Positions 1 through 12,586 of a stretch of DNA of 64,000 bases are shown one piece after another (positions within the stretch are counted from its first letter, which is position 1; each line of letters starts with the position of its first letter). Origin of the DNA: the human T2T-CHM13v2.0 reference genome, Homo sapiens. Both the position numbers and the translations under genes were made by a program. Below the pieces are notes generated by a model, which ran no database searches, was not told the DNA's origin, and was given only the letters and a program-made list of their open reading frames with translations. The stretch lies in NCBI RefSeq assembly GCF_009914755.1, contig NC_060948.1. One strand, given 5' to 3'.

Positions 1-365
1 CTTAATTAATGATACTTGTGATAGATTAAGCCCCCCTGGGTTGTCCAGCTTCACTGAGAGTAGATAAAGAAAATCCATGACTGTTACAGCCTCTGTTTAA
101 AAAAATTGTTAAATGTACTCTTCCCCCCATAAAAACTGCCTGTAACCAATCTAATGGCTGCAACTCTGTGCCAATCTTGTAGGAATGATGTGGTAATCTT
201 GCTAAAAACTCATCTGTCTCTGGCTCTATACATGAAACCTTAACTTTCCTACTCCATAATTTTGGAGTTGGTATGATGGGTGTGAACCATCCATCTTCAC
301 ACTTGGGTCTTGAATAAACTTTGTTTGAATTATACTCTAACCTTTTTGGTTATTTAAAGTTGACA
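1..365 (+). mobile_element. 3' part of an ERV1 MER4-group solo LTR (MER34/MER39-like), cut by the window edge
   Basis: AATAAA near 314 and a terminal ...ttatttaaagttgaca, resembling the end of the LTR at 4334-5220. Subfamily uncertain. Confidence 0.65.
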
Positions 366-640
366 CTATCTTTGTATCTGTGACACATTCATAGGTACCT
401 GAAAGACATGTCCTAGGTTGTTAAAGATTTTTGTATGTGTGTAGGTAGATCTATGGCTATGTGAGGGATTCTTGAAGGACTGCTCAGTCTGCTGTAACAG
501 ATACCATGAACTGGAGGGCTTACAAAAATTATTTATCAGAATTTTGGAAGTCCAAGTTCATCAAGATGTCAACCTGGTTTCTGGAGAGAGCTCTCTTCCT
601 GGTTTGTTGATGGTCAGTTTCTCACTCTAAGTTCACATAG

Positions 641-2110
641 TATAGCTGCCCAGTGGGTTCACCTTGCCCGCTGCCTAAAGAGAGCCAATTTCTCAAGACA
701 GGGGACTTACAATAGAGAAAGAGTATTTTATGCAGAGCTGGCTGTATGGGAAACTGAAGTTTTATTATTACTGAAATTAGTCTCCCTGAGCATTTGGGGA
801 TCAGAGTATTTAAGGATAATTTGGTGGGTAGTGCAGCAGTGAGTCAAGAGTGCTGATTGGTGGGATTGGAGATGAAATCATGGGAAGTCGTGGCCATCGT
901 CTTGTGCTGAGTCATTTCCTGGGTGGGGGCCACAACGTCAGGTGAGCCAGTTTATCAGTCTGGGTGGTTCCAGCTGATCAATCAAGTGTAGGCTCTGCAA
1001 AATATCTCGAGCATTGGTCTTAGGAGCATTTTAGAGAAGGTCAGAATCTTGTAGTTTTCAGCTGATTAGTCGACTACTAAACCATAATTTGTAATCTTGT
1101 GGCTGATTTGTTAGTCCAACAAAGGCAGTCTAGTCCCAAGGGAGAAATAAGCCTTGTTTTGAGAAAGGGCTGTTATCATCTTTGTTTTAAACCGTAAGTC
1201 CCTCCCAAAAGTAGTTCAGCCTACGCCCTGGAATAAGCAACAACAGCTTGGAGGTTGAAAGCAAGATGGAGTTAAGTCAGATTCAGAGACAGGACTAGCT
1301 GGATTTCCTATGCCGACTAAGAATTCCTAAGCCTAGCTGGGGAAGGTGACCACAACCACCTTTAAACCCAGGGTTTGTAACTCAGCTCACACCTGACCAA
1401 TCAGGTAGTAAAGAGAGCTCACTAAATATCAATCAGGCTAAAAGCAGGAGTTAAAGAAATGGTCAAATCATCTATCATCTGAGAGCACAGGGGGAGGGAC
1501 AATGATTGGGATATAAACCCCAGGCATTTGAGCTGGGATTGGGAACCCCCTTTGGGTCCCCTCCCATTTTATGGGAGCTGTGTTTTCACTCTATTAAATC
1601 TTACGGTTGCACACTCTTCTGTTCTGTGTTTGTTCCAGCTCAAGCTGAGTTTTCACTCATCATCCACCACTGCTGTACACCACCATCATAGACCTGCCAC
1701 TGACTTCCACCCCTCCAGATCTGGCAGGGTGTCTGCTGCATTTCTGATCCAATGAGGCACCTATTGCTGTTCCCGTTCAAGCTAGAGGCTTGCTATTGTT
1801 CCTGCATGGCTAGGTGCCCAGGGTCATCCTAATAGAGCTGAACACTAGTCACCAGTTTCCACAGTTCTCTTCCATGACCCATGGCTTGTAGTAGAGGTAT
1901 CACACTCACCGTGTGGCCCAAAGTTCCATTCCTTGGAACCTGAGAGGCCAAGAAACGCAGGTCAGAGAATAAAAGGCTGGCTGCAATCTTGGGAGCAGCT
2001 GCCACCATCTTGGGAGCAGCCCACCACCATCTTGGGAGCTCTAAGAACAAAGACCTACCTATAACAAGATGTCTTTCACTCTCAGTCATAATTTTGCAAA
2101 GGTGGCTTCA
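641..2110 (-). mobile_element. LTR8 solo LTR (ERV1) interrupted by LTR17
   Basis: Matches reverse LTR8 (gcccagtgggttcaccttgcccgctgcct ... gtcataattttgcaaaggtggcttca). Degenerate 4-bp TSD atag/aagg. Confidence 0.85.
1283..2066 (+). mobile_element. LTR17 (HERV-W) solo LTR
   Basis: Starts tcagagacaggactagctggatttccta, has CCAAT boxes, gatataaa TATA, ATTAAA and ccatcttggga repeats, and ends taaca. Perfect AGAT TSD (1279-1282 / 2067-2070). Confidence 0.95.
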
Positions 2111-2480
2111 AAGGCAGAGAGAAAAAAAAAAGAGCACTGGGCTGGTCATCTTCTCATAAAAACATTGATCCCATCATGGGAGACCCACTTTCAGGATGTC
2201 ATCTAAAACTAATTACCTTCTAATGCCCCATTTCCAAATACCAACCCACTGGGGGCTAGGGTTTCAGCATACGGTGTGTGACTGTGATGGGACACAGACA
2301 TTTAGTCTATGGCACCTCCTTAACTGTAAACAGCTTACATCATTTTCCATGTCAATGTCTATGTCTATGTTTATAACCATGCCTGTTCATATTACAGAAG
2401 CCAAGGAAAAACTTGCCCTTTGCTCTCTGAAGGTTCGCTACAAATCACCTGATGAAAGGTAGATTAATAACCTTCCACAA

Positions 2481-3541
2481 CCTAACTGCCCTGTGGGATC
2501 TTTTTTCCTATTGCCCAGAGAGAACTAAATGATCAAGACAAGGTAAGTGCAATAGAGGAAGAGTTTAATTCATGCATACACAGATAAACAAGAGACCAGA
2601 GTTTTATTATTATTCAAATCAGTCTTCTCAAAAATTTGGAGATCAGGGTTTTTCAAAGATAGTTTGGTGGGCAGGGGGCCCAGGAGTGGGAAGTGCCGAC
2701 TGGTTGTGTCAGAGATGAAATCATAGGGAGTTGAAGCTGTCCTCTTGCCCTGCATCAGTTCCTGAGTAGAAGGCAAAAGACCAGTTGGTGAGTACTGGTA
2801 CAGCTATTGGTAGTCAGAAATGCAAAAAATCTGAAAAGCTATCTCAAAATGTCAATCCTGGGTTCTACAAGAGTGATGTTATCTGAAGGAGTAATTGGGG
2901 AAGTTCAAAATCTTGTGACCACCTAAATAATGGCTGGTAATTATTTAACTATGCTTATATCATAGTAGAATTCAGACCTTTATCCTCCTGACCTGGTAGG
3001 CTTTCCTTAGTTTTATAAAGGCAATTTTGTTTTGGAAAATGCTTTTATAATTTAACTTGCAGGCCAGGAGTGGTTGGCTGACACCTGTAATCCCAGCACC
3101 ATGGGAGGCTGAGGCACGAAGCTTGCTTGAGTTCAGGAGTTCAAAATTAGCCTGGGCAGCCTGGAAAAACCCCACCTCTACTTAAAAAAAAATAAACAAT
3201 AAATAAAAAATAAAACAATTAGCCAGCAATGGTGGCTCATGCCTGTAGTCTAAGCTACTTAAAAGGTTGATGTGGGAGAATAGCTTCAACTCCCAAGCTA
3301 GTTGAAGGTTGCAGTGAGCCGAGATCATGCCACTGCACTCCAGCCTGGGTGACAGAGGGAGTCCCTTTCTTAAAAAAATAATAAAGATAATAAAATAAAC
3401 TATAAACTAAATTTCTCTCAACATTAGCTTTGGCACATGCCCAGGAAAGAGTGAAGATAGCCAACCTGTGAGGCTAGAAGCAAGATGGAGTGAGCTATGT
3501 CAGGTTTCTCTTACTGTCATAATTTTGCAAAGGAGGTTTCT
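2481..3541 (-). mobile_element. LTR8A-like solo LTR containing an AluJ
   Basis: Homologous to 641-2110; ends gtcataattttgcaaaggaggtttc. Confidence 0.8.
3062..3395 (+). mobile_element. AluJ-like SINE
   Basis: Two-monomer Alu with A-rich linker and tail. Confidence 0.9.
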
Positions 3542-3898
3542 ATACGAATTTATTAATTTGGATGGAAAAGTACAAAATTTCTTAAAGAAGTGGCCAGATT
3601 ATTGATGCTTTTATACCATCCTGGGCTTGGGTCTTACAGCATGTGCAAAAACAGATTATAAAACCTGGTAACTCAGGTTACGGACACCAGACAGGTTGTG
3701 GAACAGGGAGAAGAGCATCTAGCTAGCAAAGGTGGTGGTGGCATGTAGATGAAACCTCACAGGTAGCAGCACTCAGAGAGAATAGATGGTGAATGTTTCT
3801 TTCAGATCTGTAATGGTGTTTGATTCTCAGTTCATCTTTCCTAGATTAGACAAAGAGGACCTCAGAGAAAACCTGATTGTATCAATGCAGATTTTTCT

Positions 3899-4223
3899 TT
3901 TGGTTTTTGTTGTTGTTGCTGTTGTTGGTGGTGTTGTTTTTGAGACAGAGTCTCACTCTGTCCCCCAAGCTGGAGTGCGGTGGTGCAGTCTTGGCTCACT
4001 GCAATCTCTGCCTCTTGGGTTAAAGCAATTATCTTGCTTCAGCCTCCTGATTAGCTGGAATTACTGGCACTGCCACCATGCCCAGCTAATTTTTGTATTT
4101 TTAGTAGAGACAAGCTATCACCATGTTGGGAAGGCTGGTCTCAAACTCCAGACTTCAAGTGATCTGCCTGCTTGGGCCTCCCAAAGTACAGGGAATACAG
4201 GTATGAGTCACTGCATTTGGCCT
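3899..4223 (-). mobile_element. Alu with tail decayed to (GTT)n/(GGT)n
   Basis: Reverse Alu body; near-TSD cagattttt(t)ct on both sides. Confidence 0.9.
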
Positions 4224-4333
4224 CAGATTTTTTCTACAGATGCAAATCTCCCCCACAAAAGACAGCTTTTGAACAATTCTTGTATTTACTGCACTTCTGA
4301 CTACCCATGCAGAAATATGCAAACGAAATACAT

Positions 4334-5220
4334 TGTAAAAGAAAACAAAATTTCAGAACCCTCTATGTTCATGATGCCAAGGGAAAAGTTAAATCCTGGA
4401 TACTTAGACACAGAGTATGTCTGCAATTTTGCTTTTTAGATTGTAGATTAACTATCTTCCGTATTTATGTTGTTCTGTAAATTCCTACCAGAGACCAGAA
4501 ACTAGACTTCCCCCTAACAATCATTGATCGATCTTACAGACTAACTGCCTTCTTTATCATCCTGTACCTAGCTCAGACTAGATGGTGCCCAAGATGTCCG
4601 TTACATCTTCAGTGAATTGGCTCTATCTATGTAGCAGGCAAGAAGAATCTATTGGGCAATTACATCATGAAAGAAAATCAAATAATTTTCCAAAGTACAG
4701 ATACAAAATTATACATTATTTCCCAAGGAAAAATAGAGCTCAATTTCAATCCACAGTAAAGAGTAACCATATATTATTGACACATACACTCATATAATCT
4801 ATATGATATATTATGCATATATATATGTGTACATATATGTGAATAAGGTACAGAGTGCAAGCAATTTACTGGCAGAAAATGATAACATTTCCTTCAGACA
4901 TCTCCACAGCTACACTGAGAGAATAGATTAACACAATTTTTACATAGTGTTGGGAATGTTGCATACACCTTTCCCAAAAGAAGAACACCACTTTAAGTAA
5001 CCAGATTGTTTTAACCATGCATCAAGCGATACAGAGAAAGATGATGAAATTCTGTCACACTTTTCTAAACTTTGTCCACATAAGGAATTCAAAACAGTTA
5101 CCCTTTGGAACCCTGATTTCTCTTCTTCAGAATCTTTGATTGGAATGTCATCCATCCTCAGACTTGAATAAACTATCTTGAGACTAGATTCTGACATTTT
5201 TTTATTGCTCTTGGTTGACA
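4334..5220 (+). mobile_element. MER34-like ERV1 solo LTR interrupted by a 340-bp templated insertion
   Basis: TG...CA termini (tgtaaaag ... ggttgaca), AATAAA near 5167, perfect ACAT TSD (4330-4333 / 5221-5224). Confidence 0.75.
4609..4948 (+). repeat. Near-identical direct copy of 6002-6349
   Basis: Read side by side: 2 substitutions, a (TA)n length change and one 4-bp indel. The ORF track shows the same peptide twice (4582 and 6005). Confidence 0.97.
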
Positions 5221-5519
5221 ACATTTTGGGGTAAAATATTTTGATTATTTCAATAGTTATGTTATTGTTACATAATAATAGTAAATTATTAAGTATATTT
5301 AAATATAAATATCAAAATATTAAAATAAATGTTAATATTTATTACATAAATATTGAAAGAAATTAAAGTATTTTACCCTAAAAATGGTTCTTTTTCTAAA
5401 ACCAGTTTATTGAAGTATGGTTGTCATACAAAAAGCTGTACATATGTATTATACACACTGTGATGTGTTTTAAGATAAGTATATGTCTACGAATCTATTG
5501 AATTTAGTTTATAGTTTAA

Positions 5520-6057
5520 TTAAAAAATAAATATATTAACACTGTCTTTGGAAAACTAACAAGTTAACTACAAGATTGGAAATTATGTCTCAGGAGCCAA
5601 GTAGCCAGAGGCCACAAGATTCCCAATCTCCCTAGTTCCTCCTATAGATGAAACTACTATTGTAAAACCTAAGATTGGTGAGTGGACGTATTTTTCAGAC
5701 CCTGCATTCTGGTGAAAAAGCTGGTGCCAGTCAGATCCATCACCCATACCAAGAAACCGGCTCAAACTAGTCTTGTGACTTCCACACAGAAACTGGAGAC
5801 AGCAAGAAGAAAGCCAAAATTCCCTATCATTTCAACCCCAACCTGAGCAGTCAGTATTCCCCATTTCCTAGCCACCTGCCCACCTAATTATTATTTTAAA
5901 AACCTAGTCTCTGAATGTCCAGCAAGGCTGATTTGAATAATAAACTAATGTCTTCCCTGTGCCTAGCTCTGCATTGATTAAACCCTTCCACTTCTGCTGT
6001 ATCAGTGAATTGGCTCTATCTATGTAGCAGGCAAGAAGAATCTATTGGGCAATTACA
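5520..6057 (+). mobile_element. LTR8-family LTR, 5'-truncated
   Basis: actaacaagttaactacaagattggaaattatg ... tattgtaaaacctaagattggtg ... ending attgggcaattaca. Confidence 0.75.
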
Positions 6058-7570
6058 TCATGAAAGAAAATCAAATAATTTTCCAAAGTACAGATACAAA
6101 ATTATACATTATTTCCCAAGGAAAAATAGAGCTCAATTTCAATCCACAGTAAAGAGTAACCATATATTATTGACACATACACTCATATAATCTATATGAT
6201 ATATTATGCATATATATATATATGTGTATATATATGTGAATAAGGTACAGAGTGCAAGCAATTTACTGGCAGAAAATGATAACATTTCCATCAGACATCT
6301 CCACAGCTACACTAACTGAGAGAATAGATTAACACAATTTTTACATAGTAAATACATTTAGATTCTCAAATTTGGATACCTCGATTACTTCCTACTTAAA
6401 TCAGAAGAAAGCAGTCATTATGAAAAGTAAGAAGACTGGAATCATAGAGGTCACCACCTCTTTATAAATCATCTAATCAAAACCCAAATGGCAAACAAAT
6501 AATTGAGACAATTTTTGGAAAAATAAAACTCCAGCCAGCCAAAGAAAGAAAGTGAAGTAAATATCTCATCATGTATGAAAACAAGTCTATAAACGATTCT
6601 CAGTGAACTTTGAATCCACTGAAATAAATAGCCATCTGTCCACAATTTTTAAACTTCAGTTACAAAACTGAAAGTACCCATAATGCACCTTTAAATATTT
6701 TGATGTCAATTGAGAAAGATGGAAGATTTAACACTTGCTAGTTTCATAGTTTTTGTTTGTTTGTTTGTTTCCCCAGTAGGTGTACAAGATATTCTAATGG
6801 TGAAAATGGGCAAATAGTGTTTCAGAATAGGTAATGCCTGGAAGGGTGTTATTTAGACATTACAGTGTATTAAAATTACATGAGTTCTTATGAAATACAT
6901 ATTCCAAAATGCTGTCCTTAAGAGAGTCTAGTTAAGTGGTTATCTGAAAGGGAAATCATATTTTTCAATCACTCAGCTGGTTTATTGCAACGGTCTTTTC
7001 CCTTATCTTGAGAAATACTGCGCCTCAGGAGCCAAAGCCTTACTCTCGACTGTTTTGTTATGAAAAGAGAAATAGTTGCATGAAACACTACCACATCATT
7101 CATACACCAAAAGGGTGCATCAAATAAGGGAGGTAAAGTACTAAAATAATGTACATGCTGCCCATTGAAAGACATGTGATAACAAGAGATATCATAAAAA
7201 ATTATCACAATCAAATGCTGGATTAACATTTTATGAATTCTGACACCATATCAATAAATGAAATGTAAACTTATACAGTCAATAGATACACTCAAATCTA
7301 ATCAGAAGAGTTTTTAATTTAAGAGAGGTCAACACCTCTATGAAAATACATGTAAAGAAAATCAGAACAAGCCTTGCTTAATATTAATAAATCCTTAATA
7401 GTAAGACAAACGTCACTAAATGAAAATTGTAAAGCACAAAACCATCAATGCAATATGTCTCTGTTGATGTTACATAACAGGAACAGGGAGGCAGAGGAGT
7501 TAAAACCATAGATAGGGTCTTTCATGAGAAAGATTTGACCAGGCTCTGCTAGCTTTAAATGTGGAAGGGA

Positions 7571-7856
7571 GGCCGAGTGCAGTGACTCACACCAGAGATG
7601 CCAGAGCTTTGGGTGGCTGAGATGAGAGAATCCCTTGAGGTAGGGAATTTAAGATGAGTCTCAGCAACACAGCAAGATCTTGTCTCTACAAAAAATTTAA
7701 AAGTTAGTCAGATATGGTGGCACATGCCTATAGGCCCAGCTACTCAAGAGGCTGAGTAGAAGGATTACTTGAGCCCAAGAGGTTGAAGCTACAGTAATCT
7801 ATGATTGTATTAATACCACTGCACTAAAGCCTGGGTGAAACAGTGAGACTCTGAAT

Positions 7857-7888
<32 letters not shown>
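7571..7888 (+). mobile_element. AluJ-like SINE with long poly(A)
   Basis: Diverged Alu dimer with an A-tail of about 30 nt. Confidence 0.9.
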
Positions 7889-7890
<2 letters not shown>

Positions 7891-8225
7891 AAGAAAGTCA
7901 CTGTAAAAAACTTACTGGGTTTCTTAACAATAGGAATAGTATAGAAGATAGGCAGAAAATTATTGTTAGGGTAAACAGGAAGAGTAGTCTCTTAGCATGT
8001 TATACAATTATATGTTCTCTATTGTTTGCTTTTAAAAATATTTTAAGGTTTTAAAGCCTCTCACAATAATATGACTTTAAAATCATGTAGATTTCTAATT
8101 GACTTACTCTCTTTTGGTATCTTATGAGATAAATGCAATTTTTAACAAATTAGCCCATGAAAAAATCTTAGACTGGATTAGTTTCCATGAAGTTGACAGA
8201 AAATAATAACATACATAATCGCCTA

Positions 8226-8228
<3 letters not shown>

Positions 8229-8266
<38 letters not shown>
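8229..8266. repeat. (TA)n microsatellite
   Basis: Visible perfect dinucleotide run. Confidence 0.95.
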
Positions 8267-8270
<4 letters not shown>

Positions 8271-8744
8271 GTATACATTGTATATATTTAGACTGAAATA
8301 ACTAATTCATTCTCTTCAAATACAATACTAGAAGCAATCTGTTGCAATGGGCAAGAAGATTCATTTTGTTGCTATTTTAAAATGCATATGCTTTAGACCT
8401 AGGATTTTTTCAGAGTACAGACTTTCTATTAGGCTAGTTCTCTTTGCATTAACATATCTTGATATTAATAAGAGAAGGTGAGCAGTAACTAAAACTAATA
8501 AGAGAGATAGACCGTAACTATGAAAAACCAAGAATTATTCTAAGGTTGTTAATTATTATTACCATGTTTAATCATCAAATAAACCTTCTGAAACTGATGT
8601 AAAAGAAAAATTGAATCTTATTTTTATCCAAAATGGGAAGAGTCTTTAAAAAAACAAAACTCTGATTTTCCTACTAGTTAGCCCTAACCCAGAAAATCAG
8701 TGTATCTTTCCCAATGAATATTGTTTTTTTTTAGGTCCCCATTT

Positions 8745-8886
8745 CCAGTTTCCTCTTCTGTGAAATGGGATAACAATAAATACCTAGTTCATAGGGTGGA
8801 AATGAGAAAGAAATGAGAATGTTTGGAGATGCTTATCATAACACATAGAATTCAGTAAGCAGTCAAAGTATGTTATCTATTATTGT
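8745..8886. mobile_element. MIR fragment
   Basis: MIR core cagtttcctcttctgtgaaatgggataacaataaatacctagttcatagggt. Confidence 0.75.
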
Positions 8887-9096
8887 TTTACCATTAAGAA
8901 TATTTGGTGGCTTAGTGAAATTTTTCAATAGGTGTGTTTTCTTTTCCTGTTTTGAATTTAGTATTTATTTGTTGACCTTGACAATGGAAAATTTTCCTGA
9001 ATTCTCCAGGTAGTGCCAATGTAATCACATGGGTCCATAAATGTAGTAGATAAAGAAAAGAATGTATCAAAGTTGTGCCAGGTGAAATTCAACCAG

Positions 9097-9099
<3 letters not shown>

Positions 9100-9135
<36 letters not shown>
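9100..9135. repeat. (TG)n microsatellite
   Basis: Visible run. Confidence 0.95.
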
Positions 9136-9136
<1 letters not shown>

Positions 9137-9604
9137 ATGTGTGCATGTATGATTTTGTATATTTTTTCCCAGTAGTATAAAATTTACTTCAAATCTGCTA
9201 TACCAACAGCCATGAGTTATTTCCATAAGCCCTCCCTCTTCTGGGTGGTGAATACTCAACAAAGGAAAGAGGAATATTGAGGAAATGTTTTCTAAAGTTT
9301 GAGCTGCAGGTGCTCTAGGAATGTAGATAAATCACACTCTATACAGGTATGAGTGTGCATGTATTGAGTATATATAAACACACACACAAATATGTGTATA
9401 TATGGGTGTTTAACATATGCACATTATTGCCTGTATAGGATGTGCATTATATATATGTATGTGTGTGTATGTACTGGTGTGTATATTGTTGTTTATCATA
9501 GAAAATAATATATAATTTGTATTTTTAGAAATTAGTATGAGATAGTGTTAATCAGTAAAAACTAGTTATCTATAAATATCCTGCATATAAGGAAAAAAAA
9601 AAGT

Positions 9605-9900
9605 TTGGGAGCAACAGTTTAGGCCTGTAATTCCAGCACTTTGGAAGTCAAGGTGGGAAGAACTGGTTGAGCCCAGGGGTTTGAGACCAGCATGGGAAAC
9701 ATAGTGAGAACTCCATCTCTACAAGTAATTTAAAAATTACCTTCTCATGGTGCTGCACACCTGTACTTGGGAGGCTGAAATGGGATGACCACTGGTGCCA
9801 AGGCAGTTGAGGATGCAGTGAGTTTTGATTGCAGCACTGTACTCCAGGCTGGCAGATAGAATGAGACCCTGTCTCAAAAACAAAACAAAACAATAAAAAC
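9605..9900 (+). mobile_element. Diverged AluJ
   Basis: cctgtaattccagcactttgg ... gagaccctgtctcaaaaacaaaac. Confidence 0.85.
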
Positions 9901-10696
9901 TGGTTAAAGTACAAATAATAAAGCTGTTAGTTATTTTTACTGTGCAAAAAATAGCAATGATGGGCAGTCCACTGGTCTTTCTTTCCAGCTAAAAAAAATA
10001 GTCTTCCTGCTTGCCATTGAGATGATCACTTTGCACCTACATCACTGTTAGAAAATGCCTCCCCCAACCCCAACTGATGTTGGATGCTCAGCAAACACCT
10101 TTCTCCTTCTCACACAGATCTTGACTCTCCTTGATCAGAGGCAATAGATGGATTTTCTATTTCTTCCTTTATATATGTCAAATGCAGGATTTTCTTTCAT
10201 TATCAAAGATCAGAATCAGGGACTATTCTATTTCTAGACTTCTTGTTGACCCAAGAGCATTAGGCATAATCAAGTATGGTTTTGGAAGATAAGGTATATG
10301 AAGTATTACTCTGTAGTTCCTGACACTTAAGCATTATACAACATATATGCCTTATAATAAATTACAAATTTTATTACAGGTTAAATGCCATAGAAGTGTT
10401 TAATAAACCCAACACATAAAAATGTTATAACAGTTTCTGGGAAAATACAGTAAGGCCGAGCTGCCAATAAGTAATGAAACTTTTTGTGCTTTTACTGCTG
10501 CATATTGTAATAAAACAATCTGAAGATTTTAGACCTCTTATAAGAAAATTATTTGACTTCCCTTTAAGGTAGGAGTCACCTTTCGATTCGTTTATCAATT
10601 GTCTCTGCAAAATTTAAAGAAAGAAGCAATCTAATACTCCGTTAGAAATATTTATATTTATATGTGTGTTGTGTATCATTAAATATGTTTATAGTT

Positions 10697-10980
10697 GGCT
10701 GGGCATGGTTGGTAACACCTGTAATTTCAGCACTTTGGGAGACTGAGGTGGAATGACAACTTGATGTCACAAGTTTGAGAGCAGCCTGGACAACATGATG
10801 AAAGCCCATCCCTACTAAAATACAAAAATTCACTGGACGTGGTGGTGCACACCTGTAATCCCAGCTACTTGGGAGTCTGAGGAAGGATAATTGCTTGAAC
10901 CCAGGAAGCAGAGGTTGCAGTGAGCCGAGATCAGGCCACTACACTACAGCCTGGTCCAGAGAATGAGACTCCACCTCAAA
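10697..10980 (+). mobile_element. Alu (S-like) lacking its poly(A) tail
   Basis: Full Alu body ending ccacctcaaa, then unique sequence. Confidence 0.9.
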
Positions 10981-11994
10981 GATCCAACTAGAAAATCTAC
11001 CACACATTTATTCCTCAATGTTAGGCATTTTCACCAAGCAAAACTACATCAGAAAGACAAGCAGGACAATGTATGTTATGTTATCTTGTGAACACAAGGT
11101 AATTTACTATGACAGCAAGGATAGTAATAAAACTGTTTAATGTAGTTGAACAGGTGAAGACAGTCTAATAATTTGCTAACTTATAAACAAACATGAAGAA
11201 GATACATTAGGTTAATAAAACCTGTTTGTATAGATAAAGTACAATGTTACTATATTCTTTAGCTAGGTTATCACTGATTATGACTGGTTGTATAGTCTTT
11301 GTCCAGAAATATTTCTTAATATCATCACTACTTACAGAGACTTCTGTTTTAGCATATTCTTTACATAAGCCCTTTCCTCATGTATCGTGAATCTTTAAAC
11401 GCATGGTTATTGACATGGTTGTTCGACAATAAAAATATTTAACCTCACATTTTAGAAGAAGTTATCATAGACTTTTAACAGAAAGTGGAGTGAATCCATC
11501 TGAAGACTGTACTTAATTTTCAAACTCAGGATATACAATAAACATCCTTTGAAAACTGAAGTCCTAGAATACATGTATGAGATTTTACTAAAGACCTAAT
11601 TTAGCAAAATGAAATTGCATTTTCTAAGTGTAGGTTGCATAAACAAAAAAGATTGTCTGCAGACAATCTTTATTTTCATATTTCCACACTATGCTCAATG
11701 CATAAAGTATGGTCAACCATAGCAAATTATGGCATTAAACCCAAAACATTCTCTGGCAATGAGAATAGCATGATCGAGGGAATCTGAAAACAGGTTGTTT
11801 GTGTAACTTTGCTTTAATTCCATCGTATTTTCTTTCTGCCTTTACATTTTATTCTCTTCTGAGCATGTGAAAAATTCTGTAAATTCAAGTGTAAATTATG
11901 GTATAGGCAATTGTAAATTATAAGCATATTTAAATTTTATATTTGTACATATGTGTGTATATGTATACACACATGTGTATTGCATATTATGTAC

Positions 11995-12350
11995 TGTTTA
12001 CAAAATAAATCTATCGTATATATTTAAGGTATACAACATGATGTTATAAGTTACATACATATAGTAAAACATTCACTATGATGGAATTAATTTACATATT
12101 TATCATAACATGTTACTCACTTCACCCCTCTGGCAAGATGAGTTATAATCTACTCCTTTAGTAGAAATCCTACAAACAATAGTGTTATTACTTATAGTCC
12201 ATAGGCTGTATATTAGATCTTTAGATTTATTCATCCACATATTTGCTACTTTATATCTTTTGATGTACATCTTACCATTTCCTACTTGTCACCCCATCCC
12301 TAAGAACTACTGTTTTTCTCTTTATGACTATGTATCTGAACATTTTTTAA
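11995..12350 (-). mobile_element. Old L1MA 3' end fragment
   Basis: tatatatttaaggtatacaacatgatg ... attagatctttagatttattcatcc, typical of reverse L1MA 3' ends. Confidence 0.65.
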
Positions 12351-12586
12351 AATGCCATTAAATATTCTCTTTTTATTTTTCTTCTTTCTTACTAAAAATG
12401 GTAATCATATTTGTAACAGAATTTCTTTCTTCTCCCTTCAACCCTGCCTACTTATCTCACATAAACTCTTAACTTCAAATTTGCGAACATCTTTAAATGT
12501 CCAATAAAATGATTTACACTGGTATAGCAGTAGACAATAGAAATATTGGGGCCAATCAATTTAACATACCTGGTAGTTTATGAACT

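Larger units (their letters stand above)
483..2314 (-). mobile_element. MLT1A-like MaLR LTR split by the LTR8 insertion (pieces about 483-640 and 2111-2314)
   Basis: Typical MLT1A motifs (ctgctgtaacagataccat..., tctcttcctggtttg..., gggacacagacatttagtctatggca). Sequence resumes in register after 2110. Confidence 0.75.
2390..5252 (-). mobile_element. MER4-group ERV1 solo LTR (subfamily uncertain) fragmented by three nested insertions
   Basis: Pieces at about 2390-2470, 3542-3898, 4224-4333 and 5221-5252 join into one LTR ending aaatacat-tttggggtaaaatattttgattatttca. Confidence 0.65.

Noticed and set aside
1975-2040. Three repeats of (c)catcttgggagc
   Set aside because: Normal internal feature of the LTR17 U5 region, not a CRISPR-like array.
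3786-4439. 217-aa ORF
   Set aside because: Reads through LTR, antisense Alu and LTR sequence; typical Alu-derived peptide with no gene context.
4582-6190. Two ORFs with the same peptide (NWLYLCSRQEESIGQ...)
   Set aside because: A result of the 340-bp duplication of an LTR end and flank; no coding signature.
10580-10625. Minus-strand acceptor-like site (ttctttctttaaattttgcag) with a possible donor 25 nt later
   Set aside because: The donor is weak and there is no recognisable protein; such motifs are common by chance.
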